A DNA stretch of 64,000 nt, taken from an uncultured delta proteobacterium. GTDB lineage: Bacteria; Myxococcota_A; Polyangia; Polyangiales; Polyangiaceae. The translations under genes and the position numbers were made by a program. Positions 51,028-61,592 of the stretch are shown here, piece by piece (position 1 is the first letter of the stretch; each line of letters starts with the position of its first letter). The stretch lies in assembly GCA_963841435.1 (NCBI GenBank), contig CAWJCS010000003.1:128001-192000 (forward strand), in the 5' to 3' direction. The notes under the pieces were generated by a model. It worked only from the letters and a program-made list of their open reading frames with translations, ran no database searches and was not told where the DNA came from.

Positions 51028-51672
51028 ATGCTGCGCCTGCTGAAAGGCCCCACGCGGGCCCCCAGCGCCCCAGAGCAGGGCGGCCCCGTCGACCCGCTCT
51101 GGTCGCTCGCGCGGGCGGCGGCGGCCGGCGACGCCCGGGCCCAGCGCACCCTGCTCGCGACGCTCGGGCCCGCGCTGCTCGGCGCCGTGCGCGGAGTGCT
51201 CGGCGGCGGCCACCCGGACGTCGAGGACGTGCTTCAGGAAGCGATGACCGCGCTCCACCGCGCACTGCCGGGATTCCGCGGCGAGTCGCGCACCGTGCAT
51301 TTTGCCTGTCGGGTCGCCGTGCAGACGGCGCTGAACGCTCGGCGGCGCCACGGCTACCGCGCACGGCTCACGCCGAGCATGGCGCCCGAAGCGCTCGCGG
51401 AGCTCGCGAGCGACGAGCGCTCGCCCGCCGACGCGCGCCAGGCAGCCGAGCGCCGCACGGCGCTGCGTGCCCTGCTCGACGAGCTGCCGGAGGCGCAGGC
51501 GGAAGCGCTCGCGCTGCACATCGTGCTCGGCTACTCGGTCGACGAGACGGCGAGCGTCACGGGCTCACCGCGCGACACGGTACGCAGTCGCTTGCGTGCA
51601 GCGCTCGGGGCGCTCCGGCGGCGCGTCGAGGGCGACCGGCGCCTCTACGAAATTCTCGGGGGTCGCGCGTGA
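51028..51672 (+). CDS. ECF sigma-70 factor
   Basis: Region 2 DVEDVLQEA..FRGES; region 4 LLDELPEAQ..GYSVDETA..TVRSRL. Confidence 0.9.
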   Translation: MLRLLKGPTRAPSAPEQGGPVDPLWSLARAAAAGDARAQRTLLATLGPALLGAVRGVLGGGHPDVEDVLQEAMTALHRALPGFRGESRTVHFACRVAVQTALNARRRHGYRARLTPSMAPEALAELASDERSPADARQAAERRTALRALLDELPEAQAEALALHIVLGYSVDETASVTGSPRDTVRSRLRAALGALRRRVEGDRRLYEILGGRA

Positions 51673-52676
51673 CCGAGCGGCGCCAAGCGGCGGAGCCGGA
51701 GGATCTCTCGGCGCTCGAGCGAAGGGGCGAGCTCGCTCCCGAGCGCCAGAGCGAGCTTTTTCGCGCGCTCGACGCGAGCGCCACGCTCAGGATAGGGCAT
51801 CAGCTCGGCGTCGATTTCGATGCGGTGCGTCGCGTGCAGGCCGGGGACGAAGCGATCATCGAGCGGGCCTCCGCTGGTGCGCTCGCACGCCCGCCGAGCG
51901 GGCGACGCTTCGGGCGGTTCGCGGCGCTCGTTGCCGCGACGTTCGTCGCGGCCAGCGCCGCCGCGGCCACGGCCGTTTGGGTCCGGAGCGCACCACCCGC
52001 CGCGGTCACTTCGTCCGGACCCGGCCCGCTGCCACCGAGCGCCGTTCACACGCGACGCGGCGCCGCGCGTGCTCCCTCCGGCGAGCGCCCGGCGCCAGCA
52101 ACGCCGGACGGGACGCCGGACGTTGCGGCGGCGCCCGAGCAGGAGTCGCCGGCTCGCTCCCGGTTGCTCGCGGAGCCGGGCGCCGATCGTCGCAACGAGC
52201 CCGCGGGCGCCCGGGCCGAAGACGGTGCCCTCGAGCCTGCGGCGCCCCGGGCGCCCGTCGCGGTAGCGCCCGCTTCGTCGGCGGCCTCACTGTTCCGCGA
52301 CGCCAACGAGGCGCGGCGCGCGGGTGATCTCGCCTCGGCCGCCCGACTCTACTCAGAGCTGCAGGCCGCCTTTGCCGCGAGCCGCGAGGCGCGCGTCTCC
52401 CTCGTCTCGCTCGGCAAGCTTTTGCTCGGCAGCGGTCGCGCCAGCGAGGCCGAGCGGCAGTTTTCGCGCTACCTCGCGGGAGGACGCGGTGATCTCACGG
52501 AGGAAGCGCTGGTCGGACGAGCCGAGTCGCTCGCCCGGCTCGGCCACAGCGGCGAGGAGCAACGTGTTTGGCAAGAGCTGTTGCAGGGTCATCCGTCGAG
52601 CGTGTACGCGGCGCGCGCGCGCGAGCGGCTGGGGCTTGGCTCGGCAACGGAACGCGGGGCTCTGGCTCCTCCGTAG
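51669..52676 (+). CDS. putative anti-sigma factor (one TM, Pro/Ala linker, C-terminal TPR)
   Basis: Coupled to the ECF gene; TM FAALVAATFVAASAAAATAVWV; TPR-like LFRDANEARRAGD...HPSSVYA. Confidence 0.65.
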   Translation: MTERRQAAEPEDLSALERRGELAPERQSELFRALDASATLRIGHQLGVDFDAVRRVQAGDEAIIERASAGALARPPSGRRFGRFAALVAATFVAASAAAATAVWVRSAPPAAVTSSGPGPLPPSAVHTRRGAARAPSGERPAPATPDGTPDVAAAPEQESPARSRLLAEPGADRRNEPAGARAEDGALEPAAPRAPVAVAPASSAASLFRDANEARRAGDLASAARLYSELQAAFAASREARVSLVSLGKLLLGSGRASEAERQFSRYLAGGRGDLTEEALVGRAESLARLGHSGEEQRVWQELLQGHPSSVYAARARERLGLGSATERGALAPP

Positions 52677-53769
52677 CGTCGCGACGCTTCTAGCGCTGCT
52701 GCTCCCAACGCACCCCGCGCTCGCCGACGCCCTGACGGCCCCGAGCCGCGAGGCGACAATCACCGTGATCGGCGTGGGCGACACCATCCGCGACCTCGAT
52801 GCTCTGTTCCGAGAGCTCTTGGAGCGCGACGGGGTGACGTGCCACGTCGAGCGTGCAGCGCGCTTCGAGTCCGACGCCCTCTTCTCGCGCGGTGCGGACG
52901 ATCCGAGTGTGGTCGTGTTCGTCGTGCTCGATGCCAGCCGGGCGCGCCTGTACTTCCGCGGCCCGGGCGGCGAGCGCTTCCTCTTCAGGCGGCTTTCACT
53001 GGAAGCGGGCCTCGACGACGTTGGCAAGGAGCTCGTCGGACAGGTCGTCGCATCGTCCATCATGGCGCTCTTGCAGTCGTCCGAGGGGCTGAGCCGGGCC
53101 GAGGCGAGCGTCGAGCTTTCGCGCGACGAGCCCGCGCCGGACGAGCGCCCCCCGGCGCCGCCCGTCGCGGCGCCCGTCGCGCCGTCGCGCGCCGACGGGG
53201 TGAGCGATCGAGCGCGACCGCGGACCTCGCGACGCTCCACGGAGCTGGCCGTCGGCGCGCGTTACGTCGGGCTCTTTTCGGGTCCCGACTTCGGGCTCGC
53301 GCAGGGGCCGGGCATCGAGGCGAGCCTCGGCGTCCGCCTGGGCGTGCTCTTGCGAGTGCGCGTGCTTACCGAGCTACCGTTTCAGCGTTCGCTCGACCTC
53401 GGGGGCATCGCCGCCCGGCTGCGCACCGTCACGCTTCGCGGCATGGCCGACCTCGGCTGGCCGCTCACGAGCGACGGACGCATCGTCGCGGGCTTCGGTG
53501 CCGGCGTCAACTGGGTCACGGTCGCGCCGCGCGCGGCCGCCCCCGAGGTGACCCTCGCCTCACCGACGACGAAGAGCGTCCCCACCCTGCGCGGCGAGGT
53601 GCGCTACGAGCACGCGTTCTCGGCGCTCACGCTCGCTGCGGGCGGTGTCGTCGACTGGGCGCTCGTTCACGCGCACTACGACCTCGACGACGGGGCGACG
53701 CGCCGACGGCTCGCCGCTCCCTTTCAGGTCCGCCCGGGATTCTTCGTGGGCGTCGGGCTCCGCCACTGA
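52636..53769 (+). CDS. exported protein with probable C-terminal beta-barrel
   Basis: Signal peptide ending PALA, Pro linker, alternating beta-strand pattern ending FFVGVGLRH; start (TTG) uncertain. Confidence 0.55.
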   Translation: MARQRNAGLWLLRSVATLLALLLPTHPALADALTAPSREATITVIGVGDTIRDLDALFRELLERDGVTCHVERAARFESDALFSRGADDPSVVVFVVLDASRARLYFRGPGGERFLFRRLSLEAGLDDVGKELVGQVVASSIMALLQSSEGLSRAEASVELSRDEPAPDERPPAPPVAAPVAPSRADGVSDRARPRTSRRSTELAVGARYVGLFSGPDFGLAQGPGIEASLGVRLGVLLRVRVLTELPFQRSLDLGGIAARLRTVTLRGMADLGWPLTSDGRIVAGFGAGVNWVTVAPRAAAPEVTLASPTTKSVPTLRGEVRYEHAFSALTLAAGGVVDWALVHAHYDLDDGATRRRLAAPFQVRPGFFVGVGLRH

Positions 53770-53795
53770 GGTCCGCGAAAAGAGCGGCTCGGAGC

Positions 53796-55022
53796 CTACG
53801 CGCCGGCGGCGCGGCGGGGGACGGCGAGCAGCCGCGCGATGCGCTCACAGGCTTCCTTTATGCGCGGCGGGTCCTCGATGAGCGCAAAGCGCACGTGCCC
53901 GTCGCCGCCCGGTCCGAAGCCGATGCCCGGCGCGACGGCGACGTGCGCCTCCTCGATGAGCCGCGTCGTCAGCTCGATCGAGCCCCGTGCGCCGAGCGCG
54001 GCCGGCAAGGGCGCCCACACGAACATCGTGCCGCTCGGCTCCTCGACGCCGGGCCAGCCGCTCGCGCGAAGTCCATCGACGAGCGTCGTCGCTCGCGCGC
54101 GATAGAGCTCGCGAAGCTCGTCGGCGAAAACGTCCCCGTGCTCGAGCGCCCAGGCGGCCGCGAGCTGGAGCGGCGCGAAGGTGCCGTAGTCATAGTAGTT
54201 CTTGAGGTGCGCGAGCGCGCCGACCATGCGCGCGTTGCCCGCCATGAACGCAATGCGCCAGCCCGGCATGTTGTAGCTCTTCGACATGGAGAAGGTCTCC
54301 ACGGCGAAAGCCTTCACCTCGTCTGCGGGCACGCCGCAGTCGAAGATGCTCGGCGCGTGGCGCACGCCGAAATCGAGGTCAGCGTAGGCGAGGTCGTGAA
54401 GCAGCATGGCGCCCGAGCGCTGGACGGCGCGCACGAGCGCCCCCATCTCCTCGCGCGTCACGACCTGACCCGTGGGATTTTGCGGGTAGTTCGCGATCAC
54501 GAGCTTGGTCCGCCGCCCGCTCGCCGAGATCCGCGCGATCGCCTCGCCGATGGCGTCGCCGGGCGCGATGTCGAGCGCGGCACGATAGAGCTCGACGTCC
54601 GCCCCTGCGATGCGTGGTGCGCCGACGTGGATCGGGTAAGCAGGATCGGGTGACAGCGCCACGTCGCCCCGATCGAGCATCGCGAGGCAGAGATGGCTCA
54701 TGCCTTCCTTGGCGCCCATCGTGATGACGAGCTCCTCTTCCGGATCGAAGCGCACGCCGTAGCGTCGATCGTACCAGGCGGCCGCGGCGAGCCGGAGCGG
54801 TAAGAGGCCGCGCCCCGGGTGGTAGCGATGGTTCTCCGTGGCGTCGGCCGTGGCGTGAAGGCGCTCGACGATCGGCTTCGGTGTCGGTCGATCGGGATTG
54901 CCGAGCCCGAGGTCGATGAGATCCGCACCCGTGGCCCTCACGCGCGCCTTGACGGCGTCGGTCATGACGAAGCCGTAGGGGGGAAGGCTATCGGCGCGTG
55001 GAAAGGGCCAGGCCGGGGTCAT
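53796..55022 (-). CDS. PLP-dependent class I/II aminotransferase (AlaC/DapL-like)
   Basis: DLGLGNPD, GAKEG, NYPQNPTG, DLAY, SMSKSYNMPGWRI. Confidence 0.88.
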   Translation of the reverse strand: MTPAWPFPRADSLPPYGFVMTDAVKARVRATGADLIDLGLGNPDRPTPKPIVERLHATADATENHRYHPGRGLLPLRLAAAAWYDRRYGVRFDPEEELVITMGAKEGMSHLCLAMLDRGDVALSPDPAYPIHVGAPRIAGADVELYRAALDIAPGDAIGEAIARISASGRRTKLVIANYPQNPTGQVVTREEMGALVRAVQRSGAMLLHDLAYADLDFGVRHAPSIFDCGVPADEVKAFAVETFSMSKSYNMPGWRIAFMAGNARMVGALAHLKNYYDYGTFAPLQLAAAWALEHGDVFADELRELYRARATTLVDGLRASGWPGVEEPSGTMFVWAPLPAALGARGSIELTTRLIEEAHVAVAPGIGFGPGGDGHVRFALIEDPPRIKEACERIARLLAVPRRAAGA

Positions 55023-55150
55023 CGAGGGCGCTCCCTTATCATGAAACTCCGTAGAAAAGTCTGAATCAGGGGCCACCGGCCGTCGAGCCGGCCCATGGGT
55101 CGGCGGCGCCGAGGCGGTCGCAAGGCGGCGCATGATACGAAGAAGCTTCG

Positions 55151-56179
55151 ATGGTTCGCCTGGAGATCCGGGGCGCGGGCAAGGCCGACGAGGAGGCCGT
55201 TCTCGGCCTCGCGCGCCACCTGAACAGCGTGAACCTACCGAACGATCGGGCCCATATCGTGCGGCTCCTCGACCAGAGTGAGCGGAGCTTTCGCGGCGAG
55301 GTTGCCGAGCGACGCCGAAAGTACGTGTTTTTGATTTGCGAGCGCGACGGCGGGGCGGCGCTCGGCACCTCGACCATCGTGGCTCAGCTCGGGCGGCGCG
55401 ACGCTCCGTACATCTACCTCGACGTCATCGACGAGGAGAAATACTCGAGCGCGCTCGACCGGCACTTCGAGCACACGGTGCTGCGCATGGGCTTCTCCTA
55501 CGACGGCCCCACCGAGCTCGGCGGGCTCGTCGTCGCGCCGGAGCATCGAAGCCGTCCCGAGCGCGTCGGACTCTTGATCTCCTACGTCCGCTTTCTGTAC
55601 GTCGCGACGCACGCGGCGCTCTTCCGCCAGCAGCTCCTCGCCGAGCTCATGCCGCCACTCGAGCCCGACGGCACGAGCCATCTGTGGGAAGCGCTCGGGC
55701 GTCGCTTCACGGGCATGAGCTACGCCGAGGCGGACCTTCTCTCGAGCGAGAACAAGTCGTTCGTTCGCGATCTGTTTCCGAGCGGGAACGTGTACGCTTC
55801 ACTGCTCTCGCCCGAGGCGCAGAGCGTGATCGGCAAGGTGGGCGCGCAGACGCGTGGCGTCGAGAACATGCTGCGCCGCATCGGGTTCCGCTACGCCAGG
55901 CGCATCGATCCGTTCGACGGCGGCCCGCACTTCGTCGCACCGCTCGACGAGGTGACGCTCATTCGCGCGTCGCGAAGGCTCCGGGCCACGATCGGCTCAC
56001 CGCCCTCGGGCGCGGCCCGAGCGCTGATCGGCCGCGACCTCGCCGAAGCACCGTTCTTCCGCGCCGTGGCGGTTCCCGCCGAGCTCGGCGACGACGCGGT
56101 CACGCTGTCGCCCGAGGCGGCGCTTTCGCTCGGCGTCACAGCGAACGACGAGCTCTTGACCCTGCCGCTGCCGAGCTGA
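55151..56179 (+). CDS. astA: arginine N-succinyltransferase family protein
   Basis: NLPND, DGPTELGGL, LAELMP, LWEALGRRF, IDPFDGGP motifs. Confidence 0.8.
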   Translation: MVRLEIRGAGKADEEAVLGLARHLNSVNLPNDRAHIVRLLDQSERSFRGEVAERRRKYVFLICERDGGAALGTSTIVAQLGRRDAPYIYLDVIDEEKYSSALDRHFEHTVLRMGFSYDGPTELGGLVVAPEHRSRPERVGLLISYVRFLYVATHAALFRQQLLAELMPPLEPDGTSHLWEALGRRFTGMSYAEADLLSSENKSFVRDLFPSGNVYASLLSPEAQSVIGKVGAQTRGVENMLRRIGFRYARRIDPFDGGPHFVAPLDEVTLIRASRRLRATIGSPPSGAARALIGRDLAEAPFFRAVAVPAELGDDAVTLSPEAALSLGVTANDELLTLPLPS

Positions 56180-56239
56180 GCGCGCGATGCGGGCCCGGGT
56201 GGACGCCTCCGGCACGCCGGGGTATTGGCCGCGGCCCGA

Positions 56240-57919
56240 ATGGAAAGCGGCGAGGAAGGCCTGATCGAAGCGCGCCGCGCGAAGCTTGGCCACCTGCGTG
56301 AGCGCGGCAAAAACCCGTTCGCCAACGACGTCGACGCGACCGAGCGCACGCTCGTCGGCGCACTGCGAGAGCGCTTCGCGCCCGCGCTCAGCGGTGACCC
56401 GAGCGAGGAACGCTACGAGCCCGCCGAGGTGGAGAAGCTCGGCGCGGGCCAGCGCTTCCGGCTCTTCGGACGACTCGTGGCGCGGCGCGGCTTCGGCAAG
56501 GCGAGCTTTCTCAGGCTGCGCGACGCGAGCGGCGAAATCCAGCTCTTCGCCAAGATGGACATCATGGGCGACGCCTTCCGAGCGCTCGAGGACATCGACG
56601 TGGCCGACCACGTGGAAGCGCTCGGCCGAGCGATGGTCACGAAGACCGGTGAGCTGTCGATCGAGCTCGCCGAGCTCCGCGTGCTCTCGAAGGCGCTGCG
56701 CCCGCTGCCGGACAAGTGGCACGGGCTCACGGACCCCGAGCTTCGCTACCGCCGCCGCTACGTGGACTTCGTGGCGACGCCGAGCGCGGCGGCCGTGATG
56801 CTCGCCCGCACGTTGATCGTGCAAGCCCTCAGGGATTTTCTCGACCGCGAAGGCTTCGTCGAGGTCGAAACGCCGACGCTGCACACGCTCGTCGGCGGCG
56901 CCGCCGCCCGCCCCTTCACGACGCACCACCACACGCTCGACCTGCCGCTCTTCCTGCGCATCGCGCCCGAGCTCTACCTCAAGCGACTGCTCGTCGGCGG
57001 CTTCGAACGCGTCTACGAGATCGGCCGTTGTTATCGCAACGAGGGAATCAGCACGCGTCACAACCCCGAATTCACGATGCTCGAGTTCTACGAGGCGTAC
57101 GCCACGTACGAGACGCTCATGGCGAAGACCGAGCGTCTGTTTCGCCACGTGGATAGCTTTCTCGACGCGCGGCTCGTCGAACGGGGCAGAGCCGCCGACG
57201 CCGCTCGCTTTCGCGCCGACCGTGCCTTCGTGCTCGACGAGGCGTTCGCGCGCGTCCCCATGCGCGAGGCCGTGCTCGCCTCGCTCGAGCGCGCTTCGCT
57301 CGGAGCGGAGCTCGTCGAGCGGCTGCCTGCGCTCGCCTTCGAGACCAAGTCGGGTACGCCCGCCGACGCCGCCGCCGACGGCTGGGTCGAGGACTACCGC
57401 GCGCGCTCCGAACGCGCCAAAGCCATCGACTGGAGGAACCTCCGGCGCGCGCTCGGCGTCGCCGAAAGCGACGGCGAGCGCTTGTTTCTCGCCTACGAAT
57501 ACCTCGCCGAGCCCTTCCTCGCCGAGGATTACCCGAGCGCCGACGGGCAGAAAAGCCGCCCGGTCTTCATCATCGACTACCCGGCCGAGGTGTCGCCGCT
57601 CGCGCGCCGGAAGGATTCGGACCCCTCGCTGGTCGATCGCTTCGAGCTTTTCGTGCACGGCCGGGAGCTCTGCAATGCCTTCAGCGAGCTCAACGACCCG
57701 ATCGACCAGAAAGAGCGCTTCGAGCGCCAGGCGGAGCTCAAAGCACGTGGCAACGCCGAGGCCATGGATTACGACGCCGACTACGTGATGGCACTCGAGC
57801 ACGGCATGCCGCCCGCCGCAGGCTTCGGCCTCGGCGTCGACCGCCTCGCGATGGCCCTCACGGGCCAGCCGTCGATCCGCGACGTGATCGCGTTCCCCCT
57901 GCTCCGGCCGGAAACCTGA
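56240..57919 (+). CDS. lysS: lysine--tRNA ligase (class II)
   Basis: OB-fold GKASF, RYRRRY, GGAAARPF, YRNEG, HNPEFTMLEFY, ELCNAFSELNDP, GLGVDRL. Confidence 0.97.
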   Translation: MESGEEGLIEARRAKLGHLRERGKNPFANDVDATERTLVGALRERFAPALSGDPSEERYEPAEVEKLGAGQRFRLFGRLVARRGFGKASFLRLRDASGEIQLFAKMDIMGDAFRALEDIDVADHVEALGRAMVTKTGELSIELAELRVLSKALRPLPDKWHGLTDPELRYRRRYVDFVATPSAAAVMLARTLIVQALRDFLDREGFVEVETPTLHTLVGGAAARPFTTHHHTLDLPLFLRIAPELYLKRLLVGGFERVYEIGRCYRNEGISTRHNPEFTMLEFYEAYATYETLMAKTERLFRHVDSFLDARLVERGRAADAARFRADRAFVLDEAFARVPMREAVLASLERASLGAELVERLPALAFETKSGTPADAAADGWVEDYRARSERAKAIDWRNLRRALGVAESDGERLFLAYEYLAEPFLAEDYPSADGQKSRPVFIIDYPAEVSPLARRKDSDPSLVDRFELFVHGRELCNAFSELNDPIDQKERFERQAELKARGNAEAMDYDADYVMALEHGMPPAAGFGLGVDRLAMALTGQPSIRDVIAFPLLRPET

Positions 57920-57927
57920 CGCAAGAC

Positions 57928-59706
57928 ATGCCGTTCTTGCTCCTCGCCGCTCCAGCAGCCCCCGCGCGCCGCACCCTCATCACGGGGGAGGTGCCGAGGA
58001 GCATCGTCGAGCGCGTCTGGGAGTCGCTCGGGCTCTGGCCGCGCCTCGGCATCACGCTGCTCGGCGTCGCGATCGTCGCGGCACTCGTCGTTTGGGGCCT
58101 CAGGCTCGTCGCGCGGGGGCGCGCGCGCCGCCTGATTGGCGCGCTCACGACGCTCTTCCTCGCGCTCGGCATCGGCTTCGGATTCTGGTCGCTCCGCCTC
58201 CCCACGCCGCGCGGCTCCTACTTCGTGCTCTGGCATCAGTTCGTCCGCGTCGGCGCCGTGCTGTCGGGGATGGGCTTCATCCTGGGCATGATGGCGCTCC
58301 TCATCCCGAAGGCGTTCGATCGCTTCGAGGGGCGCAGCTTCGTCCCGTTCATCGCCGCGCGCCACGTGCGCTCGCAGAAGAGCGGCTTCCTGACGGTGAT
58401 CAGTCTGCTCTCGATCCTCGGCGTCGCCGTGAGCTCGTTCGCGTTGTGCCTCGTCGTGTCGGTGATGGGCGGCTTCGGTGCGGACCTCAAACGCAAGATT
58501 TTGGGCAACAACGCGCACATCAAGATCGAGTCGACGGCGGGTGTCGGCTTCGACATGTACCGTGACCTCGTCGAAGAGGCGCGGCTCGTCAAAGGCGTCC
58601 GCGCCGCGACTCCCGTTGCGGGCGGCGAGGCGATGGCGTCGAGCTCGTCGAACACCGCAGGCGTGCTCCTGCGCGGCATCGATCCGGTGACGATCGGCAC
58701 CGTCATCGATCTGATGAAGAACATCGAGGTCGGTAAGTTCGCCTATCTCGACGACCCCAATCGCCTCGCGTCGCTGCCACCCGACGAGCCCATCGGCCTC
58801 GGCCCGGGCGGCGAGGTCTACCTCAAGGGTCCGAGCCTCAAGTCGCTCGACGACGACGAGGACGACGAGGTCGACCCTGCCGTGAAAGCGGCGATGGCCC
58901 CCGACGACGCGTACCCCGGCATCGTGCTCGGCCGCGAGCTCGCCAAGACGCTGCACGTTTACGTGGGCGACGAGATCACGCTCGTCTCGCCGCTCGGTGA
59001 TCTCGGCCCGATGGGCGTCTTGCCGAAGAGCCGCAAGTTCCGCGTCGCGGCGATCTTCTACAGCGGCATGTACGAGTACGACTCGAGCCAGGCGTACGTC
59101 ACGCTCGAGACCGCCCAGGATTTCCTGGATCTCCCCGGAAAGATCACCGCGATCGAGATGCGCGTCGACAACACCGATCGCGTCGACGACGAGCGCGAGG
59201 GCGTCGCCGCCGTGATCAAGGATCGCTCCGATCTGCGGGTGCGCGACTGGAAGCAGCTCAACAAGAACCTGTTTTCCGCGCTGCAGCTCGAGAAGGTGGC
59301 GACGTTCGTCATCCTCTCGCTCGCGATCCTCGTCGCGAGCTTTTGCATCATCTGCACGCTGCTCTTGATGGTAACCGAAAAGAGCAAGGAAATCGCGGTA
59401 TTGAAGGCGCTCGGCGCGAGTGATCCGGCGATCCTCCGCATCTTCATGACCGAGGGCATGATGATCGGCGGCATCGGCACCGTGCTCGGCGTCGCGACGG
59501 GCCTCTCGGGCGCGCTCGGCCTTTTGTGGTTCGGCGTGCGCCTCGACCCTGACGTGTACTACATCGACAGGCTTCCCATCTCGGTCGACCCCGTCGACTT
59601 CCTGCTCGTCGCCGTGTCCGCTTTCTTCATCACCACCCTCGCGACCCTTTACCCGGCGCTCGCCGCGAGCCGTCTGCGTCCGGTCGACGGCATCCGCTGG
59701 GAATAA
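57928..59706 (+). CDS. lolE: lipoprotein-releasing ABC transporter permease LolC/E with N-terminal extension
   Basis: SILGVAV, VSVMGGF, DWKQLNKNLFSALQLEK, EKSKEIAVLKALGA; next to lolD. Confidence 0.85.
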   Translation: MPFLLLAAPAAPARRTLITGEVPRSIVERVWESLGLWPRLGITLLGVAIVAALVVWGLRLVARGRARRLIGALTTLFLALGIGFGFWSLRLPTPRGSYFVLWHQFVRVGAVLSGMGFILGMMALLIPKAFDRFEGRSFVPFIAARHVRSQKSGFLTVISLLSILGVAVSSFALCLVVSVMGGFGADLKRKILGNNAHIKIESTAGVGFDMYRDLVEEARLVKGVRAATPVAGGEAMASSSSNTAGVLLRGIDPVTIGTVIDLMKNIEVGKFAYLDDPNRLASLPPDEPIGLGPGGEVYLKGPSLKSLDDDEDDEVDPAVKAAMAPDDAYPGIVLGRELAKTLHVYVGDEITLVSPLGDLGPMGVLPKSRKFRVAAIFYSGMYEYDSSQAYVTLETAQDFLDLPGKITAIEMRVDNTDRVDDEREGVAAVIKDRSDLRVRDWKQLNKNLFSALQLEKVATFVILSLAILVASFCIICTLLLMVTEKSKEIAVLKALGASDPAILRIFMTEGMMIGGIGTVLGVATGLSGALGLLWFGVRLDPDVYYIDRLPISVDPVDFLLVAVSAFFITTLATLYPALAASRLRPVDGIRWE

Positions 59707-59727
59707 ACGAGAACGGACGAGCTCAAC

Positions 59728-60417
<690 letters not shown>

Positions 60418-60472
60418 GACCGGCGCCACCCCGCGGGTCGGCGCCTGCGCCGTGGGGGAGACGCAGCCGCGC

Positions 60473-61592
60473 TCAGCTCGCTTTTTCGGTCGCGCGCTGG
60501 GCGTTCGAGAGCAGGTACGCTTCGATGAACGCGTCGAGGTCACCGTCGAGGATGCCCTGCACGTCGCTCGATTCGTGCTCGCTGCGCAAATCCTTCACGA
60601 GCTGGTAGGGCTGGAGCACGTAACTCCGGATCTGGTTGCCCCACGCAATCTGGCCCTTCGCGGCCTCGTAGCGGGCCTGCTCGGCGGCGCGCTTGGCCTC
60701 CTCGAGCTCGTAGAGCTTGCCCTTGAGCATTTTGAGAGCCATCGCGCGGTTTTGGTGCTGGCTGCGCTCGGCGCGACACACGATGACGATGCCGCTCGGC
60801 AGGTGCTTCATGCGCACGGCCGTTTCGACCTTGTTCACGTTCTGACCGCCCTTGCCACCGGCGCGCATGGTCGTGATTTCGAGCTCGGTATCCTTCACGT
60901 CGATCTCGATTTCGTTCTCGACGTCGGCCGTGACCTCGACGGCGGCAAAGCTCGTTTGGCGGCGCGCGTTGCCGTCGAACGGACTGATCCTGACGAGGCG
61001 ATGCACGCCCACTTCCGCACGCAGGTACCCGTAGGCGTTGGGCCCCTGCACGGTGAAGGAGGCGCCGTCGATGCCTGCCTCGTCACCCGCCTGGTAGTCG
61101 ACGATGTCGGTCTTGTAACCGTGGCGCTCGCACCAGCGAAGGTACATGCGCAGCAGCATCTCCGCCCAGTCCTTGGCGTCGGTGCCGCCCGTGCCGGGGT
61201 GGATGCTCACGATGGCGTTGCCGTGGTCGAGCGGACCCGACAGCATGCGGCGCAGCTCCGCTTCGCGAACGCGCGTGCCGAGCGCGGACAACCCCGCCTC
61301 CACGTCGCGCACGACGGCCTCGTCGTTTTCGGCGGCGCCGAGCTCCAGCATCTCCTGCGCCTCGCTGACGTCGCGGCCGAGCTTCTCGATGAGCTCGAGC
61401 TTTTCGACGGCAGCCGCGCGCTTGCGCATCTGCACCTGAGCCTTCTCCTGGTTCTCCCAGAAGCCGGGCTCGCTACCGAGCTGATCCAGCTCGTCGATCA
61501 GTCGCCGAAGGCCGGGGACGTCAAAGAGACCCCCTTAGCGCGTCAACGCGCCGCATGAGGTCGGAGAGTCCGTTGCGTGCTTCGGCGAGCAT
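60473..61592 (-). CDS. prfB: peptide chain release factor 2, programmed +1 frameshift after codon 23
   Basis: SPF and GGQ motifs; ATG 61592 ... AGGGGG TCT CTT TGA C. Confidence 0.97.
61520..61536 (-). promoter_or_regulatory. prfB autoregulatory frameshift cassette
   Basis: Internal SD AGGGGG, 3 nt, slippery CTT-TGA-C. Confidence 0.95.

Noticed and set aside
60421-60446. GC hairpin between convergent lolD and prfB as a terminator
   Set aside because: Imperfect stem and no U-tract on either strand; not supportable
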